This document shows, piece by piece, positions 45,307 through 63,398 of a stretch of DNA of 64,000 nt. Location of the stretch: the NCBI GenBank assembly GCA_964016885.1, contig OZ024748.1, forward strand, positions 5,394,001 to 5,458,000, written 5' to 3'. Below the pieces are notes generated by a model. It did no database searches. It saw only the letters and a program-made list of their open reading frames with translations, and had not been told where the DNA came from. The translations under genes were made by a program, and so were the position numbers. Source of the DNA: Eledone cirrhosa (lineage: Eukaryota). How positions within the stretch are numbered: the stretch's first letter is position 1; each line of letters begins with the position of its first letter.

Positions 45307-45982
45307 TTATATAAATAATTACTTTCATCAGTAATCATGTTGCAGCTTACAAACTTATTATATAGAAATAGATTCACAGCAATATAAACCCTCAGCTATT
45401 CCATTTCCTAACCAGATTCCGCGCCAAAACATGGCGGCTCTTCAACTCACTCGCTGCTCCTCCCAACAACACCCTAAACACCTCCTTTGCCTTTACTCCC
45501 CCTCACCCCACTTCCCCCTGTCCCTCCTCCTCCAAACACAAATCCTTGAATCTGTTTCATCGCGTTTATTACATCTTCTGATTCCAACCATCTTAGAATT
45601 CGGAAGTCTTTTCAAAATACACCCTTCACACACACACACCAACACCCATCCTACACACACACACCACACACACACAACCACACACTCACACACCACACAC
45701 ACACACAACCACACACCACACACACACACACAAAACCACACACACACACAAAACCACACACACACACATACGCACACGCTGAGCAACATGATTCTTCATA
45801 TCCCTCAACTTTTCTTCATCTCCTCCTCCGAATTCTCCCATACACGACACCCATTTTTCGATTTGAATCCTTCTTCTTCTTCTTCTTCTTCTTCTTCTTC
45901 TTCTTCTTCTTCTTCTTCTTTCAGTTGTCAATATTCCATCCGTTGCGTCCATTCTTCCAGACGAATATATATACACACATAA

Positions 45983-46097
<115 letters not shown>

Positions 46098-46753
46098 TGT
46101 GTGTGTGTATATGTATGTTTGTTTGTATGCGTGTGTTTGTGCATCGTGATTGCATGTTCATATTAATATATATCCCAAAATATGCAGATTCACAGACACA
46201 CCCACATTTACACACACATACACAAACACATTTACACACACATACACACACATACACACATACACACACATATACACATTTACACACACATACACATACA
46301 CACACAGACACACAGACACACACACATGTACACACTATCATGTATTTAGCGTTTTTAACGTCAATATTTATATAGAAAATTTCGTGGGCTTCTATAAAGA
46401 CTTAAACCATGAGATATGTCTTTCTTCGACATCAGCAACTGTATGGAAATATGCGTGTGTATATGTATGTACATATATGTCTGTACATGTATGTATGTAT
46501 GCATATATATATATATAGGAACATCTGCTTCGTAGAATCAAAACGTATCTGAGTATTTTCAGAGTCCGGTTCGATCATCAAATCGACCGTGCTTCAAGCT
46601 GGTCGCCAGAGAAGAGATTGTAATATGACCAATAAATTCCATTCGTCGCAACACTGATTCTCTTTTTTTTTCTGTGATATCATAATCTGCTCTATGAGAG
46701 CATCGAGTGCTCATACGGCCTACCGCATACGGACGCTTTAAGTATCCAACACC

Positions 46754-47659
<906 letters not shown>

Positions 47660-47663
<4 letters not shown>

Positions 47664-47735
47664 GATAGATAGATATGTTTCTTTATTAGCCACAGGGGCA
47701 CAAAAGAAGGGGACAAATACAAAGGGGGAAGTTTA
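47660..47735 (-). mobile_element. 3' end of a non-LTR-type repeat (AATAAA followed by a (TATC)n tail)
   Basis: Reverse complement TTTGTATTTGTCCCCTTCTTTTGTGCCCCTGTGGCTAATAAAGAAAC resembles 60253-60300 on the plus strand. Confidence 0.55.
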
Positions 47736-47889
47736 CATACAATAAAAACGTGTAAAATATTATCACAAATGTAATTTAAAAATTAGTCGATTTTCCCCAA
47801 TAGGGGGAGACATTTCATATGGGTAACACATACCCCCGAAAAAATAGATAGATAGATATATGGATAGATAGATAGTGAGATAGATAGTT

Positions 47890-47920
<31 letters not shown>

Positions 47921-48067
47921 TAGATAGATAGATAGATAGATATTTATGTATGTAGGAACGGATCGGCTCTACGCACAATGATGCTTCTGGTATCGCTTAG
48001 CATGACCTCGGCTTCGTCGAGCAAGAGCAAGAAAGAAGAAGAAGAAGAAATGTACGAATGTACGTAA

Positions 48068-48122
<55 letters not shown>

Positions 48123-48854
48123 TATGTTTGATTATGTATGGGCAGTGGGTTGACTTAGAGTTTAAGGAGTTTCTCTAACGTAGTAAAGGTCACGATAACC
48201 TATCACGATGATGCGTTGAGTCAGAGGTCAAGACAATATATTTATCGATGCTTACCCTCAATCAGCTGGTATAACACATACTTGTAGCTGTGCTATGAAG
48301 GGCCAAGCATATAACACCCTCTCTTACAGTGTTTATTAAGGATACACGTGTTTGTGGAGTGCTGAACCAAGATAATTTCATTGGAACCGACGGAAAGCTA
48401 ACAAATGTGTGTATGCTTGTATGTATATATGTTTGTGTGAATGTATGTATGTATATATCTATTTATATATGTATGTATGTATGTTTGTATTTATATATAT
48501 ATTTTTTAATTATTATTATTAGTAGTAGTAGTATTAGTATTAGTATTAGTATTATTGTCGTTATTGTTGTTATTATGTTTTTTTTCCTGCAATGGCCATA
48601 CTCGATAACGAGGGGGTAACCATCATGTATTTATGTATGTATTTGTATATGGATATGTATATATGTATGTATATGTACGTGTATATATATGTATGTATAT
48701 GTATGTATATATGTATGTGTATGTTTGTATGAATGCATATATGTATGTATGTATGTTTCTATGTATATATATGTTTATATGCATGTATGTAGATAGTTAA
48801 GTTTACATACATAGATACACATACATAGATATACACACACACACACACACGCAC

Positions 48855-48980
<126 letters not shown>

Positions 48981-49372
48981 TCTGTCTTACAATTCGGGAG
49001 TTATCGAGGTTTCTTTGTTCGATAGGCAAATTCTTCATCAGTTTAGTCACACATCTAACAGACAATATATAAGAATATTCAACTATATACATATTTCTCT
49101 CTGTGTATATATGTGTATATGTATTCCAGTGTATATGTGTGTCAGTGTGTATGCATGACATCCATACATATGAGTTTATGTATTTTAATTCGGTGCTGTT
49201 CAATAATTTCAAAACACATAAACAGATACACGAATCAATATGTATCTATATTCTCAGACCTCAATTTTATCTTAATTTTAAATATATATTCTCTACACAC
49301 GCAGCCTCAGCGACACATAAGCATACGCATCATTATACACACACATATATATATTTATATACATATACATAT

Positions 49373-49452
<80 letters not shown>

Positions 49453-49524
49453 TACTGTATATACATGCATATATATATATATATATATATAAATATGCGT
49501 GTGTATATATATATATATATATAC

Positions 49525-49570
<46 letters not shown>

Positions 49571-49992
49571 GTGTGTGCGCGCGCGCGTGTATGTGAGTGC
49601 GTGTGTATAAATACATACAAAAACACACACATACACTCACATATATTGATAAGGGACGCTAGATCTGTATTTATATATTGATATATATTTGGCTTTGCAT
49701 TCATTACCCTCAGAATCGAGAAGGTAATAATTTATATTCACCATACATGCATATATATATATATATATATAATATATATATATATATGCATACATACAGA
49801 TATTACATATATATATATATATATATATGCATACATACATTACATATATATATATATATATATATATATGTATACATACATATATTAGATATATATATAT
49901 ATATATATATATTCCATCTTTCAGAGCACACATTGATATTATTGAGCGGTTTCATAATGAATGCAAAAGATGTTGAGCGAAGGAAAGAAAAA

Positions 49993-50048
<56 letters not shown>

Positions 50049-50299
50049 AAACACGAAAAGAATATAAAGAAAGAAATAGACAATAAAAGAAAATAAGCTA
50101 AATCTATTTAAACAACATTCCTTGCCTTTGCCAAACCCTACCATCCTAAAATGCTAAAAAGGATGAAACATACATGGGTCTTAAAATTCATTGAAGTTAA
50201 TAACACAGTTCTTTTGTGTGAAAGCATCCGAGCGTTGTCGTTTTGACTTTAGAGCTATCAATTGAAGCGTTGATCTGAAAAAGCATACATTGTACAATA

Positions 50300-50535
50300 C
50301 AATAGTGTTTCAGTGGTTCTTTGCATTTCCTAGCTCTGCTCGTCTCTGTTTAGATATTTTCCCTCAGCTTTTTAACTGAATTGTTCGCATCTACTCTCGC
50401 TATAGTATAGCTTGTTCGTATTTGCACAACTTCGTAAAAGCTTCGTATGTCTCCGTTTGCTTCCGTAAATTCCGTACGGAATCGTGTGATTTTTATCGAC
50501 CTCGTACGTATTTTCTGTCGTTGTTCTATTCCATT
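50300..50535 (-). pseudogene. Heavily decayed mariner-like transposase N-terminal (HTH) region
   Basis: Minus strand gives IEQRQKI (50529-50509) then KQTETYE..YEQA (from about 50462), resembling the mariner EQRxxIKF..TATETYxML..YGExA pattern. Confidence 0.35.
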
Positions 50536-51309
50536 CTCTCGTCACTTGCATATTTATTTTCGTCCGTATATTTATCTATCTTCGTCCGCCTCCAACGGGA
50601 GACATTAATCAAAATACTTATTTACAAAATACTTAGTTTAAAACACTCATCTTAAACCAACATTGAAATTAGTTGAATCAAGTTCTACATTTTTCGTTTT
50701 TTTTTTTCACATTTCTCGGCTTTGCATGGCTTTCCACGTATTTCCAGGGATTTGTCTTGCTTTGCTATGCTCAATATGGTTCTGTATGGTCCATTATGAC
50801 TCTTTACTAGTCTGTAAGAACCATTGTGGCTTTACTCTATTATATATCTTTTCATTCATATCTCATCCTATCACAGATGAGGCATAAATTTATGCATGGA
50901 ATAATAAATATAAAATATATAGTTACAAACATAGTTGTCAGCCTTTAAAAATGTCGCAATCACGTCTTAAAGAAAATAAGTGTTGCTGTCCGCAAGGCAT
51001 ATAACACAAACGAAAAAAGCAATGGAATTATCAGAGTTTTGCCTGGCTACAGAAGATAACATGCCTTTAAAAAGACACAAATGTAGAATATGCCTCAGGA
51101 ATGAAGAAAGAAACACTCGTGGTAAATGACCTAGTCGAGGACCTTCATACAGTAAACGATGACCCTGAAAACAAATATCGTTCAAGATATCATATATAAC
51201 CATAACCCACTAAATACAGATGGTTCCAATATTGCATCTTTCGGCATCAGAAGAAATAGTTTTACATTTGAAAAAGTAGCAATATTTTCCATTCTCTCTC
51301 TCTCCCACT

Positions 51310-51414
<105 letters not shown>

Positions 51415-51594
51415 GTGTAGTTAACAAATGCGCGGTATAGAGGATTCCATCGGCATGGCAAGATAAAAAGATTTACGTGAATCTGTGTAACACCTCTATC
51501 ACGTCCTTGAGTTTCACATTTGGTGTTACAAAAAGACGATGTGAAATACTTATACACACACAGAGACATGCCCATAAACACACACAAAGGTATA

Positions 51595-51642
<48 letters not shown>

Positions 51643-51671
51643 GTGGTAGAACACTGGAAGGTAATATGGTA

Positions 51672-51803
51672 GAAGTGGATACACAACAGTTATTTCACCA
51701 TACTGTGAACAATTGTTTCACCTTAGCGGATCCTCAGCTGAGGATCCGCTAAGGTGAAACAATTGTTCTCGGTATGGTGAAATAACTGTTGTGTAACCAC
51801 TTC
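51672..51803. ncRNA. Zero-spacer palindrome carrying a 5'-truncated hammerhead core on each strand
   Basis: 66-bp arms, 3 mismatches, axis 51737/51738; each arm starts CTGAGGA-TCCGCTAAGGT-GAAA with palindromic stem III ACAATTGT. Confidence 0.7.
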
Positions 51804-52364
51804 CATATATATATATATATATAATCTTTTTATATATATACATATATATATATTCATTATTTACCTATATTTCCTCGAACGTTCATTCTCAAAACAAAAT
51901 GTCTTCCTTCTACTCTCGACCACTCTATATAAGACACAGCTTCCAGCACTACAAAACCATTCTTCCTTACCTTCTTTCGTCTCTTTCTCTAAGTCTATTG
52001 TTCTTTCTCTTATTAACTCTTTCTCTCTCCCTCTTTCTCTCTCTCTCTCACTCTCTCTCTCTCCCTCTCTCTCTCCTTATCTCTCTCTATCTCTCTCTAT
52101 CTGTCTCTCTGTTTTGTGTGTGTGTGTCTCTCTCTCTCACCACCTCTCTCCTACTTCTCCTTCCATTTACACTCCTTATGTTCCATATCTTCTCATACTT
52201 CCACCACCCTCACCACAATATATTCCTCGCCTCTACGAAACTCCATCTCTTCACACCTCTCTTACATCGTCTTTCATTCAACTCCACAGCATTATGCAAA
52301 AATGGTGATAAATAGATTAAAAAAACTAAACGTAATGGCCGAAGTCTCTCTCTCTCTCTCACTC

Positions 52365-52440
<76 letters not shown>

Positions 52441-52469
52441 CATATATTTTCATCATTTATATATATATA

Positions 52470-52510
<41 letters not shown>

Positions 52511-52522
52511 GATGAAAATATA

Positions 52523-52581
<59 letters not shown>

Positions 52582-52720
52582 GTGTGTGTACTTGTGTGCT
52601 TCTGTATAGAAAGATAGAGTGAGTGAGAAAGAATGATATAGTAAAAAAAAAAAGAAAAAAAAAGAACACACACACAAATCTGGAAAATTACTTACAATAA
52701 CATGCCTATAATTCCAAAGG

Positions 52721-52788
<68 letters not shown>

Positions 52789-52952
52789 TGACCATGGTGA
52801 TGAGAATAGTATTAATAATACTGAAACAAGAAGGATGATAATACTTATTACTATTATTTTCATCATCATCATCAATAACATCTCCGTAATAAACGTTGCT
52901 ATCGGTAGTATACATCCAAATATATACATACATATATAAGTATATATTTGCA

Positions 52953-53019
<67 letters not shown>

Positions 53020-53110
53020 TTATTTATATATATGTGCATGCATATTTTGATGTATGCATGTATGAATATATATATATATATATATGCATATTTGTATGTA
53101 TGCATGTATG

Positions 53111-53181
<71 letters not shown>

Positions 53182-53534
53182 GTGTGTGTGTGTGCGTGTA
53201 TATATATATATATATGTCCGTATGTGTGTGCACGTGTTTGGGCATGTGTGTGTATGTATATATATGTATGTGTGTATGTTCCTGCGTATATACAAACTTC
53301 TTCAACTTTTTAAATTATAACTTCAATGTAATTCTATAAAGAAATTTTTATCAACCCAAAGTTATACAAAAAACAACATAAAACCATGAATGTACCAAAA
53401 ATAACATTCGATATACGTGTATCATTGTGCATATACGTGTGAGTTTTCTTCCACACTCTACCCCTCATCCCTTCCCTCTTCACCTATCTCTCTCTATTTC
53501 ACACTCCCACTCTTTCTCTCTCTCCTTCTCTCTT

Positions 53535-53565
<31 letters not shown>

Positions 53566-53569
53566 TCAT

Positions 53570-53626
<57 letters not shown>

Positions 53627-53629
<3 letters not shown>

Positions 53630-53820
53630 CCTCAGTATTTTATTTTGTTATATATATTTATATATATATATATATATATATACTATATATATATAATATA
53701 TATAAATATATATATATATACATATATGTATATATATATACATGTATATATGTATGTATATATATATATATACATATATATATACATATACATATACATA
53801 TACATATATATATACATATA

Positions 53821-53900
<80 letters not shown>

Positions 53901-53925
53901 TATATAACAAAATAAAATACTGAGG

Positions 53926-53928
<3 letters not shown>
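53627..53928. repeat. Inverted repeat around a (TA)n field
   Basis: TAACCTCAGTATTTTATTTTGTTATATATATTTA versus its exact reverse complement ending at 53928. Confidence 0.9.
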
Positions 53929-54022
<94 letters not shown>

Positions 54023-54346
54023 GACGTACGTAATGCTAAGGAGTTCTATTGCTTATAATGACCACGCCAACAGCAAGGAATGTGATTTTATCTTGAAAAT
54101 GGAAATAAAAACGAGAAATGAGTAAGAAAAGAAAATTGTTTTCACGCATACATATAGTACATATAAACACATACAAGACATGTGCACACGTACACATACA
54201 CACACTGATACACACACGCTTTCCAGCTTACATTTATACATACACATAAAGAATCATATATAGACCTATATAAAGAAAGAACTCACATGCACCCATGCAC
54301 ACACACAAATATATATATATTCATATACATACATATATATATATAA

Positions 54347-54420
<74 letters not shown>

Positions 54421-54442
54421 TAAACATATATATAATATACAT

Positions 54443-54507
<65 letters not shown>

Positions 54508-54559
54508 CATATATATACATATATATATATATACATATACACACACAAACACACACACG

Positions 54560-54610
<51 letters not shown>

Positions 54611-54961
54611 CGAGAGATTGTGTATGCGTATGTCTACGTGTAAGTATATACAAGTCTATACTTATATATCAGGGAATGTATGCTTGTGTTTATGGGTGTT
54701 TGTGTGAATGTACATATGTGTGTGTAATCAAAATAAACTTAGAGACATTTTGTTCTATTCCTATGCAGCTTTCATCGCGTCTCATCTGGACTTCATTTAA
54801 ATTCATTTTGGCGTTTAAATAATATCAAGATTTTGATATACCATGCATGGCCATTAGAATTTATATGTATTATATATATATTTTTGCTTATATTAATGTT
54901 TAGAATGCTGCTTGTTTTTGTTGTTTTTATTTGTGATACTGCATGCTAAAAAAAAAAAAAG

Positions 54962-55045
<84 letters not shown>

Positions 55046-55353
55046 CATGTAAAGTATTATAATTATGTATATTTTGTATTTTCTTTTCAATAGATAAATT
55101 CGAAAGCGGAGCCTGAAACTTAAGATTATGTTTGTGATGATGTTGATAACATTTTAATAATAAAAATAATATTAATAATGATAATAATAATTCAATACAA
55201 TAATGGAACACTCTCCTTGCAAAGAAATACGCAAGAAAAATCTATAAAAAATACCAAAAGACTCAACGTGCTCATGGCTCAGATAGCAGCGCTCGATGGT
55301 TTATTAAAAGCACACGGGTTACTAAGACTTGTAAGATTATGATGATGATGACT

Positions 55354-55407
<54 letters not shown>

Positions 55408-56834
55408 GTAATGATGATGATGAACCTGGTGGTGATGGTGATGTTGATGATGATGATGAAGATGATGACGATGATGATGATAATGAGAATGATGAGAAGG
55501 TAGTTATGATAGTTTAATTGGCTTTATGTCACAATGGCTATACATAGAATATAAGTCGTTCTATATACAAAAACACCCCAAACAGTTAGAAACTACTAGG
55601 GATGTACATATATATAATAATTTCATCGTGAGGGTTAAAGGTAATGAAATATATATTTTAGAAAAGAAACGTATGCCGATTTTTTCCTTGTTATTTACTT
55701 GATAAATTCCTTGGTGTTGGAAGGACTCTCTTGCATTTCCTCGTTGCTCCTAATTTAAATTTCCGATGTTGACCAATGTCGAAAGTTTTGTTTGCCTTGC
55801 ATGGCTAGCAATAGATTGATGTCTCTTGATGTTACTCGTGTTGTTATTGACGTCCTTTAACAGTGTTTTGTTTTGGGGGTTTGTGTTTTTCTAACTTTTA
55901 CCAAATTGTGACATTTTATTTTAATAGAATTTTTTTAATTTTTCATTATTTTTTTGCCCCAATTATTTTAATTTGCTGTTTTCATTTGAACTAGAAATTA
56001 GGGATCGTATACTTTGGATGTACTGTTAAATGATGAATAGACCCAAATTTTCAGTGTGGCATACGTACCTGGTCGAGTTCAAACAAACGCCTATGTCTTG
56101 TATACATACCTCAATGTAGTCTTACAGAAAAAATGCTATAAGTGTACTGTAAAGAATAGCGATTTTCCTCCTCGTCAAAGACACGATATCACCGTTGCAC
56201 TGTCATATTATGGCACATGAAGCCAATGAGTTGATATAGGTTTGTAGTGTCTGTTTTATTCTTTTATCTTATAGGAGGTTACAGTAGTAATTCAGAAATA
56301 TGGGGCCATAATTTCTATCAAGTGTAGCTACCATTTTAATGCTCCTTACTAATTCATTTAAACATATGTGTGTATGATATAATGTGCTATATATAACTCC
56401 CCTTATTTTATTTTCTTAGTTTCTTCGTGTTTTCTTCACTCACTTCTTTACTCTTCTTCCCCATTCCTTCCTATACATATTTCTACGTTTATGCTTCATT
56501 TGTCCTCAAGCATCTTATATCTATTACTACGAGTTCTTTTTCTTTGCCTCATTTTACGTATATCATCATCAACATCATCCTCATCATAAGAAATACTATA
56601 ATCATACCTTTTTATCTCCTTTCAATCATTTACATTTTAACACACATATATATTTATGTGTATGTGTGTGTATACTTAAGAAAATCGACTAACTGATTGC
56701 AGTTTTAAGAAAAATGTATATACATAAAGAAATGCATATATATGTGATTATCTATACTTATATACATATGTATATATATATATATAAGGTAATATATATG
56801 AATATATATACATAAATATATATACATAAATATA

Positions 56835-56871
<37 letters not shown>

Positions 56872-56924
56872 ACATATGTATATATTTACATCTCTCTCTC
56901 CCCGTCTCTCTCTCTCTCTCTCTC

Positions 56925-56997
<73 letters not shown>

Positions 56998-57349
56998 ACA
57001 CATATATATATATATATATTTCATATTTTCTAAATTCCATTCAAATCATCAATATACAGATATATAAAAAACTAACAACAATAATTTATTTCATAATCTT
57101 TTATTTTTAAGTTTATTCCTCAATATTTACGTAAATAAAGATATTCACTACTATCTGTGTGGAAACACATGTGTATTGGTAATGAAAAATTATTTTCTTT
57201 CACTTATACACTATTGTTTATGATATGTTTTTTAAAAACATTTTGTGAAATTACGCTGCTAAATCTAGATATATATAGATTATAGATTATTTTTTGATGT
57301 AATGATTGATTTATACATGTAATATAGAGAATAATGGTGTATATGCATT

Positions 57350-57385
<36 letters not shown>

Positions 57386-57420
57386 AGATGTAAATGAAAA
57401 CACATACATGATACATATAT

Positions 57421-57484
<64 letters not shown>

Positions 57485-57532
57485 GTGTGTTCACATACAT
57501 GTATAAATATATATATATTTATAATGAGAAGT

Positions 57533-57571
<39 letters not shown>

Positions 57572-57646
57572 TGTCTGTGTGTATTTACATAAAAAGCATA
57601 CTTATATATATATATAAAAAAATAAATATATATATATATATATATA

Positions 57647-57727
57647 CAGGGTGTCCTACAAAAAGTATAATACACAATTCAACAGCATTCTAATCAAAGT
57701 GTGTATACATCATTGTGGGACACCATG
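57647..57727. mobile_element. 81-bp Tc1/mariner-type MITE
   Basis: TA|CAGGGTGTCCTACAA..TTGTGGGACACCATG|TA: terminal inverted repeats with a TA target duplication. Confidence 0.75.
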
Positions 57728-58413
57728 TACATATATTGAATATAAATTCGTAAGGAATCACATATATAATATATCGTGAATTTAAAAAAAAATGGCGCTC
57801 AACAGCTATTATACCAGCAATTAGTATTCTAACTCCCTGTAGCCGTGCTAAGATCTGAAACTATAAAGCACGGGAACAAACTGAAATACTCTCAGTTGAT
57901 TAGATAAATCAGATCTGGAATGGATTTGGTCAATAAAGCCATCTGATTGAATCGCCATGCAGGTTTTGACTTTCTACGCCTAAACAGTGAAAATCATATA
58001 ATAGAATTAGTTAGCTTATTAATAATCAATATATATATATAGATAGATAGAGAGAAATTGAGATTGCGGTGACTTTGATTACAAATGTCAATTATGAGCT
58101 TCAGACAATGGACGTCATAGGGTGTCACCCTATAGGAAATACAAGTGCAAAAACGTTGACCGTGCTAAGACTGTACGATTTTTAGGAGAGGTGTCTGTTT
58201 CTATTTTCTTTTACTAGAGAAGAGAAGAGTAATTTTCGTCTAAAATTACCATGGAGAAACTAAGTGAAAGAATAGTATGGTTAGATTGGTAGAATATATA
58301 GAATTGTATTTCATATACTTATGTCAGCTTTACTTATTAACTGACTTCTTAAAAAAATTAGTGGTGTTATTGTTATATCGTGTTATTCTGATATAAAAAC
58401 CATTCAATATATA

Positions 58414-58467
<54 letters not shown>

Positions 58468-58526
58468 TACCTTCATATTCGTACTATATAGATATAGATA
58501 TACATATATATATATATATACATGTG

Positions 58527-58629
<103 letters not shown>

Positions 58630-59053
58630 AATATATATATATATGCGTTTGTATTCTTACATATAGGCATACATTTAAATTAATTATATATGTGCGTGTA
58701 AGTCTGTAAGGAAGGAACTTTTTTTTTAAAGCAGTTTATTAAATTGAGGAAGTATTTGTATACATAGTAGAATACAAAAAGAGGGATACATGCATATATA
58801 TATATATATATATAATGTATCTCTTTCTGTATTCCCCTATGTATACATGAACATCTTCAATACTTAATGCGTGTCGTTCACGTTATACAATGTTATTAAC
58901 ACAATCTATGTATGTATATACAAATCCGTATGCATCCTTTTTTTAATATAACTTACTGTTACTTTTTGTCCACGCTTTTCATTGATATTATTCTGTATAT
59001 CGTGATGGAGTATTGCATTCTGTTGTTATTTAGTTGTATAGAATGAATTGCGA

Positions 59054-59163
<110 letters not shown>

Positions 59164-59166
59164 CAT

Positions 59167-59228
<62 letters not shown>

Positions 59229-59593
59229 AGCGATGTACGTTGGTACATATGTCTATATTGGAATGGTTAAATGTGTACAGCTTATAAATGTACACGTACA
59301 CAGACTCCACATAGAAGCACACTAACTAACACATACATACATATATATTTAATAAATATGCATACATATATAAACATGCATATATATGTGTATGTGCATG
59401 TATATATACAAATCCATATATATATATATATATATACATACATGCATACATGCTCAAATACGTGACACACACCTCTATACTCTACTAGCCCCCTTCACAA
59501 TATATACATGTGCATGAATGTGATTAGTACCCAACACGCACAAATATCACTGCTATATACTAATCAGAACCATCGGACAATAAACCTTTACAA

Positions 59594-59712
<119 letters not shown>

Positions 59713-59745
59713 CTCTCTCTCTCTCTCTCACTCATCCTTTCTCTC

Positions 59746-59834
<89 letters not shown>

Positions 59835-59981
59835 ATATATATATATATAGAGATATAGATATAGATATCATTCCAGTTCCTCAGTGAAATAACAACCCAA
59901 CCAGGAACTGGGCATATCAGAGTATTGACAAAGTTATACACCTCAAAAACATATGTACTTGTCTATACCACACTAATTCGG

Positions 59982-60042
59982 ACTGACTGAAGAGGTCACA
60001 GCCAAAGATGGCTGTCACCGAAATATATATAGCAGTAATAAA
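59982..60042 (+). ncRNA. Type I hammerhead ribozyme followed directly by AATAAA (Penelope-like element 3' terminus)
   Basis: Stem I ACTG/CAGT, CTGAAGA 59987-59993, stem II GGT-C-ACAGCCA/TGGCTGT-C-ACC, GAAA 60020-60023, palindromic ATATATAT stem III, AUA triplet ending at 60031, AATAAA 60037-60042, T-rich tail, then (TA)n. Confidence 0.8.
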
Positions 60043-60082
60043 CGAAGCTAAATTTTAAACATTTGACTTATTTATTTTATTT

Positions 60083-60138
<56 letters not shown>

Positions 60139-60252
60139 GTCTATCTAACTCTATCTATCAACCTATCTATTGGTATCCATTTAACTATGTATCTATCTAT
60201 CTATTTATCTATCTATCTACCTACCTACTTATCTGACTATCTCTCTACATAC

Positions 60253-60315
60253 TTTGTAAAGTCCCATTTCTTGTGCGCCCTTATGGCAAATAAAGAAATC
60301 TTTTTATCTATCTAT
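60253..60315 (+). mobile_element. 3' end of a non-LTR-type repeat, same family as 47660-47735
   Basis: GTCCCATTTCTTGTGCGCCCTTATGGCAAATAAAGAAA followed by TATC repeats. Confidence 0.5.
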
Positions 60316-60524
60316 ATATCTACTTACCCACCAGTACTTAAATACCGACAGTAGCACCGAGCTCTAGACCTAGAGCTTATCACCTTCCACCCCCATCCCC
60401 TCTTTTCTCTTTCTTCTGTGACCTTTAGGCCATTGACTTTCCCTTCCTCTTCCGTTTTCATAACCACAAAAAACACTTGAAATTTTTACAATAAATTTAC
60501 TTAGTAGGACTTAAATAATAATTT

Positions 60525-60657
60525 GTTTTATTGAAACCAGAGGTAGCAATAGCGAAATACTCCTTGGTGGGATTTGAAATCAGAACGATGAAATTCATAA
60601 CTTAAATACCACAAACACTTTCGTCCGACGCTCTAGCCATGCTACCAATCCACCGAC
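60525..60657 (-). mobile_element. Old, diverged SINE family A 5' half
   Basis: GGGATTTGAAATCAGAACG..GTCCGACGCTCTAGCCATGCTACCAATCCACCG collinear with the head of the 15322 copy. Confidence 0.65.
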
Positions 60658-61024
60658 TTCTGATCCCAAATCTATGATACGAACTCCATTTCAAACAATA
60701 TCAATTTAGAAAAAAATAATAAACATATATAAATATAAATAACGAAAAACAAACCTAAACATACAAATAAACAAAATCATAAACTCCTGTAAAACCCATC
60801 AGAGGATAGATAATAATTACAGTAGGGGGGAGAAGGTCCTTTATATTAAATTAAGTCACACTGACATTTTAGAGTTGTTGTTTATTTTATTTTGTCAACG
60901 TTTGTTTCCTTTCATTTGCATTCTCCATATTAAGTGGTCCTTTTGTCTTCACTTAATAAGTTCAAGTTAATAGTATTATATTATGAATATTTTATTTATC
61001 ATTCTTATTACAATTTATGTTATT

Positions 61025-61512
<488 letters not shown>

Positions 61513-61834
61513 TACCTTTAATATTTTTAATACTATAATCTTTCCAATAGGCAGGTCAGTTAAACGATCAACGTCAAAACAAAACAAAAAAATTCTAAAT
61601 GGAATCTAACTAAACAGTGTAACCGTGTAAACTCCCATCCCCTACATGACCACCACCACGGACCCAAATAAAGAAAGAAACAATATATCTCTATATGAAT
61701 ACCGAGTGCAAAACAAAGGACAAGAAAAGAGACAAGCCATACATTATTTTAAAATTGATTGAAAGTATAACAAACTATATGGCCATTAGGCTTTATGTTC
61801 GATATGCATATCGTAATACATACGTCCATATAAG

Positions 61835-61899
<65 letters not shown>

Positions 61900-61927
61900 A
61901 TATATATATATATAAAAGAATATATAA

Positions 61928-62026
<99 letters not shown>

Positions 62027-62113
62027 AATATATAAAAATATATATATATATATATGTAAGAATATATATACATAATATATATAAATATATTATATATATA
62101 TAGTATATATATG

Positions 62114-62222
<109 letters not shown>

Positions 62223-62232
62223 TATATATATA

Positions 62233-62350
<118 letters not shown>

Positions 62351-62926
62351 TATATATATATATATAATTTTATATTATTAAACTATAATATAAGCTGATT
62401 ATATTTTTTGCACCATCAATCGAGAGCACCCACCCTTTCTTCGACACTGAAAAAAAATTAAATGCACACATACTTACTCACATATTGCCGCCATTTCGCG
62501 TTTTTTTTTTCTCTTTCGATTGAAAAATAATATTGAATAAAAATATATAGAAAATTATCAACGTATATTCGTGGGTGATGGTGGTGGTGGTATATATAGG
62601 AAACACAGTGATGTGTGTAAGTGTGTGGGTAGCGAAATATAATAGGAATTACAAGAGTAAGGGGAGATGGAGAGCAAAAAATATTGAGAACTTTGATACA
62701 TCCTAGATGTTTGGACAAATATAATATTTCATTTTTTCTCCCCCATTTTCGCTGGTCCCTTCTCATTGTGTTATTAAGCTTTATCATATTTCAAAAAAAT
62801 AATCTTTCTTTCTTTCTCTCTCTCTCTCTTTCTTTCTTTCTGGCTTTATAGCACTCTCTCCTTCTATAAATATATATATATATATGTGTGTGTGTGTATA
62901 TATATAAATATATATATATATATATT

Positions 62927-63102
<176 letters not shown>

Positions 63103-63278
63103 TGTGTGTGTGTGTGTGTACGTACATATATATGTGTGAGTGTTTGCTTGTGTTTTAAGTAAATGTGGATATATTTTGATGTTTGATATTAGTTAACTAC
63201 GAGGGTAATTCGATATTATATTACGAAAAAATTAATAATAATAAAAATATCAATAATAATAATGATGATGATTATGAT

Positions 63279-63398
<120 letters not shown>

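Noticed and set aside
50960-51190. KRHKCRICLRN.. as a piggyBac C-terminal Cys-rich remnant or zinc-finger exon
   Set aside because: Only one intact CxxC, followed by stops; needs a profile search to support
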